Source: Massalongia carnosa
Lineage: Eukaryota
DNA length: 64,000 nt
Assembly: GCA_965645245.1 (NCBI GenBank)
Contig: OZ287075.1
Coordinates: 1 to 64,000 of the forward strand
Direction of reading: 5' to 3'
Position numbers and translations under genes: made by a program. The notes below the pieces were generated by a model. The model saw only the letters and a program-made list of their open reading frames with translations. It did not search any database and was not told where the DNA came from. Shown in pieces: positions 1 through 11,811 of the stretch (position 1 is the stretch's first letter; each line of letters starts with the position of its first letter).

Positions 1-174
1 CCCTAACCCTAACCCTAACCCTAACCCTAACCCTAACCCTAACCCTAACCCTAACCCTAACCCTAACCCTAACCCTAACCCTAACCCTAACCCTAACCCT
101 AACCCTAACCCTAACCCTAACCCTAACCCTAACCCTAACCCTAACCCTAACCCTAACCCTAAAACTAACCCTAA
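1..174. repeat. Telomeric repeat (CCCTAA)n, ~27 perfect units plus a variant unit at the junction
   Basis: Perfect CCCTAA array from base 1 to ~162, then AACTAA-CCCTAA before unique sequence. Confidence 0.99.
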
Positions 175-1189
175 AACTGAGGTTCAAATTGAATAGTGAG
201 GCCTGGGACGTCTGAAAGTATAGCTGAAACGCGTTTGATGACCATCTTCCAAGTCTCTGAATACTCTCATCCAGCATCCCGTAGTCGGCGGCGTGTTATG
301 CTGCTCCTTTTCTGAAGCTGTGTCCCGAGTATGCCGAGTCGTTGATGCCGGCGGCTATCAGTCTCTTTTTCAGGGATGCTATGACGGAGGCTCTGGTGAA
401 TACGGTGCCGAGACGAAAAAGCGGGGATGTAGATGGCTGAGGATCATTTCTGAAAAGACGCCGTAGTGCTGTCACGGGGCAAGTGCTCTCATTGGTCGCT
501 GCCAGCACTATCTGAACTCGTGAGTGATTTGTGTCTGTTTTGCTTCTTTTGAGACGTAATGTCGCGTATTGATCGTTCTCGGCGAATGAGATGTCACCTC
601 GTGTAGGTTTCAATCTCTGAAAAGATGTCTTCTTACGATCGGCGACAGTGTAGGTGATTTCCCCGAGTCTGAGGAACCCTGCCCATGCAACTTTGAATGT
701 CGCGTCGATGTTGAGGTCTTCGGCCGAATGAGCGGGAATACTGGTGATTTTTGTCACTAATTCTTTTGAAATGGGTAGGCGTCTTCTTTTTGTCTGAGAA
801 AAGATCCTTTTTCCCCCTTTCAGCATCAATTGAAGTCTCGGCCCCTCGAATGGGGTGAGGCCGTATCCTCGGTCTACATGGTATGATCTGAGGCCAGCGA
901 GGTAGCTCGCTGCCGTCTCTGGTTTTATCTTTCCCTGCTTGGGTATGCCGCCCCCGTATAGTCGACCGGCTAGCCATTCCTCGAGGAACTCGGTTGTTGC
1001 AGGCCACGACGTGCGTCCCGTCGTCGCGCAGAATGCCTCGTATGAGTCGATCGCCGTCCCGTACCATTTTCTCGTGTCCGCCGAGTGTCCGTGCCAGACG
1101 AGGCGTTTTACCAGGGCTGACCCTGGTGTGGAGGATAGGTAGGTGGAGGGAGGTTCATCGAATTGTATGGGTTCTGCCAATGAGGGCAA
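175..1189 (-). pseudogene. Tyrosine recombinase of Ngaro #1
   Basis: Motifs FLR, KTD and GHSFRKGAA; premature TAA at 296-298, then the frame continues HAADYG...LGRWSSNAFQLYF into the telomere repeats. Confidence 0.92.
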
Positions 1190-2258
1190 AAGTTAGCCAA
1201 TCTTTCATCATCAAAACGTGACAGGGCATCTGCTAGTCTATTGGAAGTGCCACTGATCCATTGACAACGTAGTACGATGTCCCACTTTGCAGCTATGGAC
1301 AGTATTTCTCGTAGAGGCGCGTTGGCCGGTCCCTTGAGGGTTAGATTCGTGAATCCTGTGTATGCTGTGTTGCTGTCGGTAAAGACAAGGATCTGTCGAT
1401 GTCGCCATGTCGGCGCCCATTTCTGAAGGATTAGAAGGATAGCCTCGACTTCTCGGACGTTTATGCTCGGTGATTCTTCCTGATTGAGGACTAGGACTCG
1501 GGCCCTACATGCGTTTTTTTGATTCACGAGCTCGTTGTCTTGTTGAAAATAGCCTCCGAGACCCGTGAGGCATGCATCCGTATGCACCTTGATCGTGTCT
1601 CGTGTTGACGTCTCGAAGAAGACAATACCGTTGAAGTCCACTAAAAGTTTGTTCCACCAGATGAGATCCTGTCTGACCCATGTGGGAATTCTTCTTTTGA
1701 CCCGACGATGACTGCCCGAGGGAAATGAGGCTATAAAATTCCAGAATAATCGTAAGAAGACTCGGCCCAATTTGACTGCCTGTGCGCAGAAGCTTAGGAA
1801 GCCCGCTATTGACTGCATGTCGCCGAGGCTGATTGTCGTCTCGTTTAGTGCCTTTGTAGTGATGATTCTCGCTTTTTCCAGCTTGGCCGCTGGCAGACGA
1901 ATAAGACTGTTGATGGTGTCGACCTCGAGTCCGAAGACTGTCGCTGTCGTTCCCTCGGCGTCTTTTGAGTCGTTTCTCGGGATGCCGAGAATGTCGGTGA
2001 GAATGTTGTAGGCTTTTGTTTCTTGGTGCAATCGTTCTGACGATGTCTCGGATGGGAAAATTGCAACGAAGTCGTCTAGATAGTGATGTAATCTCCATTG
2101 TAGAAAGGATTCCAAAATCCAATGAAAGCCTTCCGCAAAAAGATTGAAGATGAACGGGGCCGTCGACAGTCCGAACGAAAGGCATGTCTCGGTGTAGAAT
2201 TCGTCATTCCATCCGAAACCCAGAAGCCATTGATGATGAGGTGCGACGGGAACGTTTC

Positions 2259-2745
2259 TGTCACGAAATCAGGTCGAGGGCAAGGGCAAAGGCAAGGTGG
2301 GTTGATGGTCAAGCTTATTGATGGAGTCTATAGCTATGAATCTAGGCTAGGCTAGGTTGGCTATTTAAGACGTTCGACAAAGAATCAGAACTTCCATGAT
2401 TCGACTTCTTTCTTATATCTTTGTCCTCCCATATTCATCTTTCTAGGGTGGCGGCGAATGATGTCTAGTCAGTGCGATGATGAATGAGGGGCATTATAGC
2501 GGCAATAAGCACGATGGGGTCAGCGAGGAGACGGGAGATGTCAAACATCAATGCGAAGCTATTAGACATGATAATAGTCGAAAGACGGGAATAAATCATC
2601 AATGCGAGGCTGATTAATGATCAGTAATCGGCGAATTCGAAGAATGATATGAGGGTCCCGAAGGCATGGCACGACGTCCGTGAGTAGTCATCAGATCAAG
2701 GCACGTGATAGAGGCACGTGGTGAGGTCGGAGGCATTTCATGACA
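2259..2745. mobile_element. Solo LTR (487 bp)
   Basis: TGTCACGAAAT...ATTTCATGACA termini; TSD GTTTC (2254-2258/2746-2750); interrupts the Ngaro RT. Confidence 0.9.
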
Positions 2746-3311
2746 GTTTCGAAAGGCGTCTTTGACGTCTCTTTTCACTATGACAGCACCTTTGCCTGTT
2801 TAAAATAGGAGGGATGGATGGAGAATGATGGACCCAATGCACAGAAAATAGGTGGCAGAGTGCCAGAAGTCTCTGGATAGTACAGAACTTCTATGAATGA
2901 AATAATTCAGATTATTGCGACTGATCTCTAAGCTATGCGTAGGAGTGATGTTATATACATGTTGATCATAGAACATTCGAGATTCTACTCGAACGTCTAT
3001 AGACCTGAATTTCTAAGCATCGAAGATACCAGAAATTCTCAGATGTAACTATTCCCATATCAGTAAAATACGCGAGGGCATTCGCATATTACGTCAGATA
3101 TGATCTAGCTGGCTTGGCATTCGCAACACTCCCACTGCAAAGTCAGCTGAGAAATTTTATCAGAAAAAATACCTGTATCCCTAACTCCTAAACCGTTTAT
3201 CAATCTATGTCAATTCACCTCTTCCGTATGCAATTTGAATTTGGTTTGGACCTGTTGTGTGCAATCTGATTTGGGTCCATTAGCTCCTACTGAGCCTGTG
3301 TTCCCCTTTTC

Positions 3312-6300
3312 TTATTCCACCTCTTGCACACCAAGCTTGGCTCGTAGTTCTTTGAACATGGTTGCTCCCAAGGGCTTGGTGAATATATCAGCTATCATCT
3401 CGTGTGTGGATACGTGACCAGTTGAAGCATAGCCATCGTTGATGACTTCGCGAAGGTGGTGGAGTTGGATGTCTATGTGTTTTGATCCGCTATGATGCTC
3501 GGGGTTTCTGATCAAGTCGAGGGTTCCCTGATTATCACCGTTCAGCTTGATCGGGAAGTTCATATGCTTGCCAAATCCCAATTCATTCATCCACCTTGTC
3601 ACCCATACGATATCCTTGCCTGCTTGGCACATGGATGAATATTCTGCCTCCATTGTTGACGTAACCACTGATCGTTGCTTCTTGCTTGCCCAAATCACTG
3701 CCCCATTGCCCAATAACATTGTATGCCCGTAGGTTGACTTGCGGTCATTGACGTCATCGCCGTATGCGGCATCCGCAAAGCTAATGAGATCACCGTTACG
3801 GTTATGGTCGTCTACGAGGGCTAGGTCGGCTGTCCCTTTGAGATATTTGAGGACTCGGTCAAGGGCTGTTCGGTGCCTCATGGCTGGATCATGCGTGTAC
3901 TGACTGAGTTTTCCAACTGGAAAGGCGAGGTCTGGCCTCGTGCTTACCATAGCGTACATGACACTGCCAATACGCTTCTGATATTCTAATTGATTGGTTC
4001 TGGGCTCGTCAGCCGTTGCAGGTGTAAGGCTTTCTTTCTATTGGAATTTGCCTAGATACCTGAATATTTGCGACCGAGGTTCTTTTGCCTCCTGCTTACT
4101 AATTTCCAGATTAGGCAATCATATGCTATATGCGAAAAGCTTCAGATTTCGGCACGACTTCGGCAAGTACGAGGAGGCAAAGGTATGCAGCAAAAATGCT
4201 ACATTTCGGAGGCAATTCAGCTGTTCATGATCACTGAGTGTCTCGGTGTCTCCGGTCAGCAATAAGGTGTATTTTGCCCAGCTGAAAAGGTTCAACGGAA
4301 GCAGGTTCATGCATTTGATATAGGCCGAGATGGAGGCCCTCAAGCAGTATAAAGAGACGATGATTCCTCATGTAATTTAGCTATTCAGTCGTTCAGAATT
4401 CAGTTCAGCAGATAGCTAAATTTGGAGTATCTTCACTGGAAATACGGAGTACCTGCATCACGTTTGCCAAGCACTTATCTTTGCCTATCCTTGATAGCCC
4501 TAGACCCTCTTCTCCTGCATCCCGCTGCCGTATGCCTGGTTGATTTTTTGTTCAACACTTTCCCGTCTAGTGGTGTTAGTACTGGATTGGCGTTATCCAT
4601 CTGGTAATCGCGAAGGAAGTTCTTGATGTAGTTGGATTGATCGAGGAAAACCCGTCTTCCTTCACGTCGAATGCGAATACCCAACACGTACTGTGCTGGC
4701 CCTAGGTCTTTCATTTTGTACTCACGATTTAATAGCTCTTTGTCATCTTTGATCGCTGCCTTGCTCTTTGAGAAAATTAGTAAATCATCTACGTACAACG
4801 CGATGATTACGTGCGAGGTTTGGTTGACAAAGACGCAATTATCGCCTGTGAGGGTCTTATAGCCAATAGAACGCAGGAATTTAGATATTCTTTTGTTCCA
4901 CTCTCGTCCAGATTGCTTCAATCCGTAAAGGCCCTTCCGTAGTCGTAATACGCAGTCTTCATAGCCTGGTGGTGGCGTGAGGCCTTCGGGCATCTCCATG
5001 TAAATAATTTCTTCTAGATCCGCTTTAAGATAGGCATTCGGAACATCCATTTGCTCGATTTCAAACCCGAAGTATGCTGCGAGCGACAAAAGCATCCGCA
5101 AAGATTCCTGACGGAGTGTGGGTGAAAAGGTCTACTCGTAATCTAGGCCGAATATTTGTGTATATCCTCGTGCAACTAGGCGGGCCTTGTAGCGGTCTAT
5201 GAAATTGTTGACCGTATATTTTATCTTGAATACCCATTTGGACGTCACGATATTTCTGCCATGCGGCCGCTTACAATACTCCCATGTGCCATTAGCAATG
5301 AGGGCACAAAGCTCCTCGTCTATTGCTATTAGCCATTTACGCCAGTCAATGCATTTGATGGCTTCTTTATAGGAGCGGGGTTCGGATAGCTTGGGGGTTT
5401 GATAAACTTGCTTGTGACCACTCTGGTCTAGGTTTGCGTCCATGTCTGCTTTCCGAGCTATATGCCCGTGTGCTTTATCGAAGCCGTACTTATCAAATGG
5501 CTTTCGCTCCCGCGTTGATCGACGAGTAGGCTTATTAGTAGAGGTTTGTATGGTAGAAGAAGAAGAATTGATGGTTGATGAAGATACGGAAGTGGAAGGG
5601 TTCGTAGGAGTGGAAGAGTTTCGATTATGATTTTGCGACCGGAATGTTGAACCATCTGGTCGCTGATAAGCATTAGGGGAGGAATCAGTGATAACTTGCT
5701 GATTTTCAGGATTTGATCCTGAATCCCCTCCTGAATTTTCGTCTCTAACCTGATTTTGAACACCCTCAGGCGCTCCCACTTGATCAGAATCAGGTTTATT
5801 TGTGTCATCCTCGTTATCAGTACTATTGTCGGCAGCATCATTAGTGACGCCGGACTGTACGAATAACTCGCGATCCTCATTTGGTTTTGCTCCTCCTAGA
5901 ATAATCCCGCCGGGTGTATTTTCTAGGAACTTAATTGAAGTATGCCATTCTACCTTGTTCGTTTTTGGATTATAAATGCGATATTGGTTTGAAGAGTGAT
6001 ATCCGACGAAAATTCCTTGCCAGGATACTTTATCCAGCTTGGATCGATTTTCCTTCGGGATATGAACGTGAACCAAGCAGCCAAAGGTGCGTAGATGGCT
6101 AATGTCCGGTTTTTGCTCCGTCCATTTTTCTTCGGGTGACTGGTTAACTTTGGCGGTAGGGAGGAGGTTTCTGAGATAGTTAGCAGTTATTGCTGCTTCT
6201 CCCCAGAAGGAATGAGGTAATTTCGCCCATACGAGCATGGACCTAATCATTTGAACGATTGTTCGGTTATATCGTTCCGCAACTCCATTCTGTTCTGGAG

Positions 6301-8409
6301 TATACGGTGTAGTGGGTTCAGCGCGAATGCCATCGGGTCGAATAAGTTCCATGAATTTCTTGTACTCCTTAGCATTATCGCATCGGAATTTGATTACTTG
6401 CTGATTCTTTTCTCTTTCAACGACATTCATCCATTCTTTGATAGCTCCATAAATGGTTCGTCGGTTTTTAAGGAGAATTAGCCAGGACTTCCGTGTAAAG
6501 TCATCAATCAATGAAATAAAGTACGAATGGCCTCCGAGGCTAGCCGTACGATAGGGGCCCCAGATATCCGTGTGAATCCTGGCCAATGGCCGGACTGTTT
6601 TCGAAAACGGCTCGTGACTGACCACTCGAGTTAACTTGGTAAAGTTGCAGATAGAACATGAAAGTTGTGTAACAGTTGGTGAAAAGGAAGTTATTCCAGA
6701 CGCATAGCGGTATAAATCCTGGAGTCGTTTTGGGCTGGGGTGACCCATTCGGGCGTGCCACAGTCTGTATTCACGCTCTTCTGGCCTTTCTTGACCTACA
6801 GGTGATACCGATTTTTCTCGCGTGCAATCTCTTGCTATTATTGTAGGCTTGTTCGACGATTTAGGATCTTCGGGGTTGGCTTCCTCGATATTTTCGCTGA
6901 TTTCCGCGAATGCCTGTAAGGCAACCTGAGAGGTCCGCAAGAAATACGTACGTCCTCTAAGAAAACCACTGGCCACTGAGGTACCCTTCCGCAGGATCTC
7001 CACACCTTTTCCATGAAACAAGACATTTAACCCCTTTTTGTTTAATGCCGAAATAGACAGTAGGTTTGCATCCAGTTGGGGTACGTATAAAACATCGGTC
7101 ATGCGAATGGCAACACCATCGATATCCACAGAAATATCACCCTTACCCTTGCTCCAAAGCCTCTGGCCATTAGCAATTCGAATTGGGGTGCGGTGGTATT
7201 CGAATTTCGTGAAGATATTTCGCATATAGGTCATATGACGTGAAGCACCAGAGTCTAGCATCCAGCCACTAGTTTTATCCTCTGCACCTTCACGGACTTC
7301 AAAAATTTCTTCTAATTTTTCAACTTTCTCATCAATAACCTCCTCTTTTATATCCACGGCCATCCACCCCTCATCCTCACTGGCACCATCGTCAAAGTCC
7401 TCTTCATTGGCCGGCCGGGCAGTGCCTTTGCTTCGGCCACTGAAGTTGGAAGAACTGGTATTGCTCGTGGAGGTAGGCCTAGTGGTACTCCGTGATTTCA
7501 ATTTGGGTACAGGTTTTGATGTTTCGGATTTGGACTTCGGTTTCCTCCGTTGCTCAGGATGGGTGCGTTCCCATTCCTGGCCTTCGTCGGTGTCATCAAG
7601 CCAGCTCCAGCAATAGATTCGGATATGTCCAAGTTTCCCGCAATGGTCGCACTTCTTTGGTGGCCCTTTACCCTTTTTTTGCATTCGCTCGATGGGCATC
7701 CTCGACAGAGTCATCCTTTTCGAATTTTAGTCGCTGCTCCGTCGCTTTCAAGGCCTCCTTAGTTGCTTCCAAGGTAAGCTCGGGTTCCCGTTCCAATAAA
7801 AGCTTTGTTGTATCAAATGCAGGGTCCTCCACGGCACTCATCAGGGCTATGGCCATCAACGCATCGTGAGGCTCAAACTCCGATTTTATGTCCGCAATCT
7901 GGACTCGTAAGGTCTCAAGGGCCCCTGCTATATCATCGATGGAGTCGCTGGATCCAGCCTTGTAGGTATAGAATCGCTTCAATAAATAGTTGATTCTTCC
8001 TCTGGCGTGGACTCCATGGACCTTCTTTAGAGCGTCCCAGGCGGCTTTGGATGTTGTTTTGTTTCGAAGGAGTCAATTGGCTTTTCTCACAGTTGGCCCG
8101 TATCCATTTCAATGCGTTGGTATCATCGTGGTCCCATTCGTCAAAGTCTTTTGGTCGGGTTACTGTATCTGGTTGAGGGGTTTTTCCTTCTACTAACTTG
8201 AGGACTCTCATAGATTTAAGCTGAATCCACATCTCTTCCGCCCAGGTTAAATAATTATCGGCACCTAGCTTGGGCTCTACCCTTATATCCCCTTTCCTTA
8301 CCGGTTTTGTATACTGCCCATCGGGGCCAGAAGATGAAGAGGAAGGAGGGGAAGGCCTGGTCATACTTGCTGGTGTATTAGGGTCTGTGGAGTCGCGTTG
8401 GTCCGCCAT
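3312..8409 (-). pseudogene. Copia A gag-pol (zinc knuckle, PR, IN, RT, RNase H)
   Basis: CDHCGKLGHIRIYC, WMLDSGAS, WHARMGH, QNGVAER, YVDD, FADAAY; frameshifts near 8070 and 7690, stop at 5132, solo LTR insertion. Confidence 0.93.
4039..4557. mobile_element. Solo LTR (519 bp) inside copia A RT
   Basis: TATTGGAA...TTCAACA termini; TSD CTTTC; removal restores PLDGKESLTPA. Confidence 0.88.
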
Positions 8410-9373
8410 CTCGTTATGTATAACCTCGAAACTAACACAAGAAAATCACTCGGCAGCACTATAGGCTAACCGGGCTCATAACCTGTTTAAAATAGGAGGG
8501 ATGGATGGAGAATGATGGACCCAATGCACAGAAAATAGGTGGCAGAGTGCCAGAAGTCTCTGGATAGTACAGAACTTCTATGAATGAAATAATTCAGATT
8601 ATTGCGACTGATCTCTAAGCTATGCGTAGGAGTGATGTTATATACATGTTGATCATAGAACATTCGAGATTCTACTCGAACGTCTATAGACCTGAATTTC
8701 TAAGCATCGAAGATACCAGAAATTCTCAGATGTAACTATTCCCATATCAGTAAAATACGCGAGGGCATTCGCATATTACGTCAGATATGATCTAGCTGGC
8801 TTGGCATTCGCAACATTGCCCTCTGACAGAATCAATCGAATAATGTCGTCGAGTCTGGCGTATTGTAATTTGGATGCCTCTTCTGGAATGTTGTCGTTGA
8901 CTGATGTTTGATTGGGATGAGACAGATGATGAATGCGTCGCCATCCTCCGTCATGTTTCGGGACCAAGCCGAGGGGGGAGGCCACAAATGGCTGACTCGG
9001 GGCGGCTATTCGTCTGACTCGGCCCTTCCTGAGGTCCTCTTGAAGCTTATTCTCGATCGTTTCCGGGTCCTCATTTCGCTGATGTCAGATTTTTTTCGAT
9101 CCGAAGGATGTCTGTGGGGCCTTCGTATCCGATTTGTACTCCGAAACGAAGGATCATGGGCAGATGGACTCGGAGGGGGCCCGGATACTCTTGAAGTAGG
9201 GTTGCCCATGCGGACGGTACGAGGGGAGAGGGGCTGTCTTTCAAACGCTGACGAGATGCGTCTACGAGTTGAAACGAAGGGATTGTATTTGGTCTGATTG
9301 GTGCAGGTAAGCAGGGATGGGACGTCATGAATTCAGCAATTGAAGCTATTCTACTGCCTCCTGCACCAACCCC

Positions 9374-10456
9374 CTATTTCTTCGTTGGGCATGTCTTCTG
9401 GCCATGCCCAGCCGCGCCGCACGATTTGCATTTGTGCTGTCGGTAGCACGACGGCCAGGTGCAGGTGCCGCTGTTGTACTTGTCGCAGATTTCCCCCGCT
9501 GCTTTCTCGGCCCTCTCGGCCCTGTCTCCTCTCGGGGTCGGTCGTCGGGACGGCGGGGATCGTGAGCGGCGACGGCGTAGGACTGTGAGGGGGGTGCAGA
9601 ATCGAGCTTGGAATTCGTCGGGCATTTTCCATTGGGATGCGTCGGATGGCTGAGACGCGATGATGTGGGTGTGGATTTCGATGGCGAGTGGGAGGACTGC
9701 TTCCTGCCACTCGTACACCTTGGCCAGCGTGAGGATTTTTCCGTGGAATGCCGACATGGTGGCGTGAAGCTGTTGACTCGATTTCCCGAAAAGACTGACC
9801 ATGATCGAGGTGTAGTTGACGAAGCTCTCGGTCCAGACGTCATGAACTGTCTTTCCGAAATCTTTGTAGGTCCCGGATGCCTTTCTTAACCTCAAGGCGC
9901 CGTCTTCAATGCCGATGCGGTCTTGATCCTTGTATGACTCGTATTGCATGCCGTGCATGTGTCGGAGGCGGGAGAGGTTGATAGCTTTGAATTTATTAGA
10001 AAAGATCTTGATGATCTCGTCCTGTGGTAGGCCCGCGAAACGGGGTGCTATGCCTCTTACTTCGAGAGGGATCTCACCTAGGTCCTCGTTGTCATCGCCG
10101 ACGACACGACTCGGCTTGCCAGCAGGAATGATGGCCGCTATTCGGGCGTCAGATTCTCGGCGCATGCAGTCGATTTCTAGCTGCATTTTTTCCACCTCCT
10201 TCTCGGCGACCAATGCCTTGGACTCGGCAATTCTAGCCTCAGCCTCGGCCGCCTTCGCTTCCGCCTCGGCTTTCTTCTTTTGTAGGGCGAAGATTTGATT
10301 GGATTGGGCCTGCGTCAATCCGACAATCTCCTGGGGTCGGGGACTATGTCGTCCATCAAGGTGCTTTGGGAACGGGTGTTCGTCATTGGGAGGTAGGGGC
10401 ACCGAGACAACGTGAGGTCGACGACGAGTCAGTGAGATTGGAAAAGCAGCAAGCAC
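9374..10456 (-). CDS. gag: Gag-like ORF1 of Ngaro #1
   Basis: Coiled-coil N-terminal half; C-terminal CDKYNSGTC...C...H and CKSC...H...C fingers; start codon uncertain. Confidence 0.85.
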   Translation of the reverse strand: MLAAFPISLTRRRPHVVSVPLPPNDEHPFPKHLDGRHSPRPQEIVGLTQAQSNQIFALQKKKAEAEAKAAEAEARIAESKALVAEKEVEKMQLEIDCMRRESDARIAAIIPAGKPSRVVGDDNEDLGEIPLEVRGIAPRFAGLPQDEIIKIFSNKFKAINLSRLRHMHGMQYESYKDQDRIGIEDGALRLRKASGTYKDFGKTVHDVWTESFVNYTSIMVSLFGKSSQQLHATMSAFHGKILTLAKVYEWQEAVLPLAIEIHTHIIASQPSDASQWKMPDEFQARFCTPLTVLRRRRSRSPPSRRPTPRGDRAERAEKAAGEICDKYNSGTCTWPSCYRQHKCKSCGAAGHGQKTCPTKK

Positions 10457-10514
10457 TGACAGCGAGGTAGGGGCACCGAGACAACGTGGGGTCGACGATG
10501 AGTCAGTGAGATGG
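10390..10514. repeat. Two ~50-bp direct repeats at the 5' end of Ngaro #1
   Basis: gaggtaggggcaccgagacaacgtg.ggtcgacga.gagtcagtgagat at ~10390 and ~10464. Confidence 0.85.
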
Positions 10515-11811
10515 ATGAGGCCGAGTGAGAAGAAGTGGATGAGGAAAGAATTTTCAGAGGGTGATTCTTAATTTACTTTGACTCAGGGGCCTCACGTGAC
10601 ATAGAACCTTCTCATATATTGAGATCTGTCTACATGGCTATTATATACTGCCTAGCACGCCAAGACTCACAGGGCTGCGCTACACCCGCAAAGGGGTTGG
10701 AGGATAATTTAACAATTATAGATAAAACATTTATTTCGTTGACGTCGAACTACCATAAAGAGTATCACAAATTCATATGCTATCTTGTCAGGCGATTTGA
10801 GGTCACATGACCCACGAACCCCTATGAGATATCCCTCAGTTAGCTAGCCTAGACCTCCCATAGATCAATACACACCACTCCTTTTCACCCATAATCCACA
10901 TTAGCCCATACAGCTTGATACTTATGAGCCCGGTAAGCATAGAAGCTTCAAATTCCTGCTCATTGATCTAGTTGAATAAAACCCTCTTCCCAAATCGATC
11001 CAACAAAACGATCAAAATGGAGGAGACCAACAAAGCAACGATGATCGCCCTAACTCCCAAGAATTATCATCTATGGATTAGGGAATTACAAGGAATATCC
11101 GAGAAAGCGAAGGTATGGCAATATGTGGACCCCAATGGTTCAAAACCGGAGCCCGAAGAGGGAGAATATCCGGAAGTTTCACAATATCAAGTCCCTATTC
11201 AAGCACAGCCAGCAGGTGGAATTGCTTACCCCAATATAGAAGGTGGAGTTGTAATAGCCACCAAATCGGCTGAGAAATACGGCGATTTATCGGCTGAGCA
11301 AAAGGAGGACTATAAAATAGAGATATCAGCCTATAAGATGAAGGAAAAACAGGTGGAGAAGGTCGCCCAAGGACTTAGAATAGTGGACAATGCATTAAAG
11401 AGCTCCACACGAGCATACATCCCCCCCAATAAGATGGCTTCATCGGTTAGGGAAATAGTGAAAATTCTGGCTGCAAGATATAAGCGGTCAGATGACCAAG
11501 TCAAAGAGCAATTGCATGAGCAATTTCTAGCCCTAAAAACCCCGCCCATTAAAGATAAAATAGAGGCATGGTGTAAGGAAGCTGTCGTCGATTCTAATCA
11601 ACCGCTATTAAACTAAAATTTATCTACAAAAGAAGAAAAGAATTATTGTGCGCGACTCGCTAGAAATATCTGCACCGAGTGTCGCGCTAGCCTCGTGTGC
11701 TCCCGTGATCCCCACTTCCATCTCAGCCTTATGTCAGGCTAGGACCCTGACACTATCCCCCCCTTCTATTGGCGAGGTCTCCGAAGCGCTAAGTGGCAGG
11801 CGCCCTGCCAG

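Larger units (their letters stand above)
2797..8815 (-). mobile_element. Ty1/copia element A, full length and defective
   Basis: 332-bp LTRs at 2797-3128 and 8484-8815 (TG...CA, no difference seen); TSD TTGCC; PBS GGTTATGAGCCCG; PPT at 3129-3143. Confidence 0.97.
1108..9373 (-). pseudogene. pol: RT/RNase H (pol) of Ngaro #1, split into 1108-2258, 2751-2796 and 8816-9373
   Basis: SPLGLVPKHDGGWRRIHHLS, KRDVKDAFRNVP, HYLDDF, TDA, TDS and NRLADALSR motifs; +1 frameshift near 9075. Confidence 0.9.
175..10600 (-). mobile_element. Ngaro/DIRS-type YR retrotransposon #1, 3'-truncated by the telomere and interrupted by a solo LTR and copia A
   Basis: Order gag (CCCH finger)-RT/RNaseH-YR on the minus strand; RT reading frame rejoins once both insertions are removed; 5' boundary approximate. 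Confidence 0.9.

Noticed and set aside
1505..2185. 226-aa ORF overlapping the Ngaro #1 RT in another frame
   Set aside because: No equivalent long overlapping ORF in Ngaro #2 and no domain motif; likely a shadow ORF
10597..10714. Short TG...CA segment with a TATA-like motif
   Set aside because: No TSD and no second copy in the window, so it cannot be supported as an LTR
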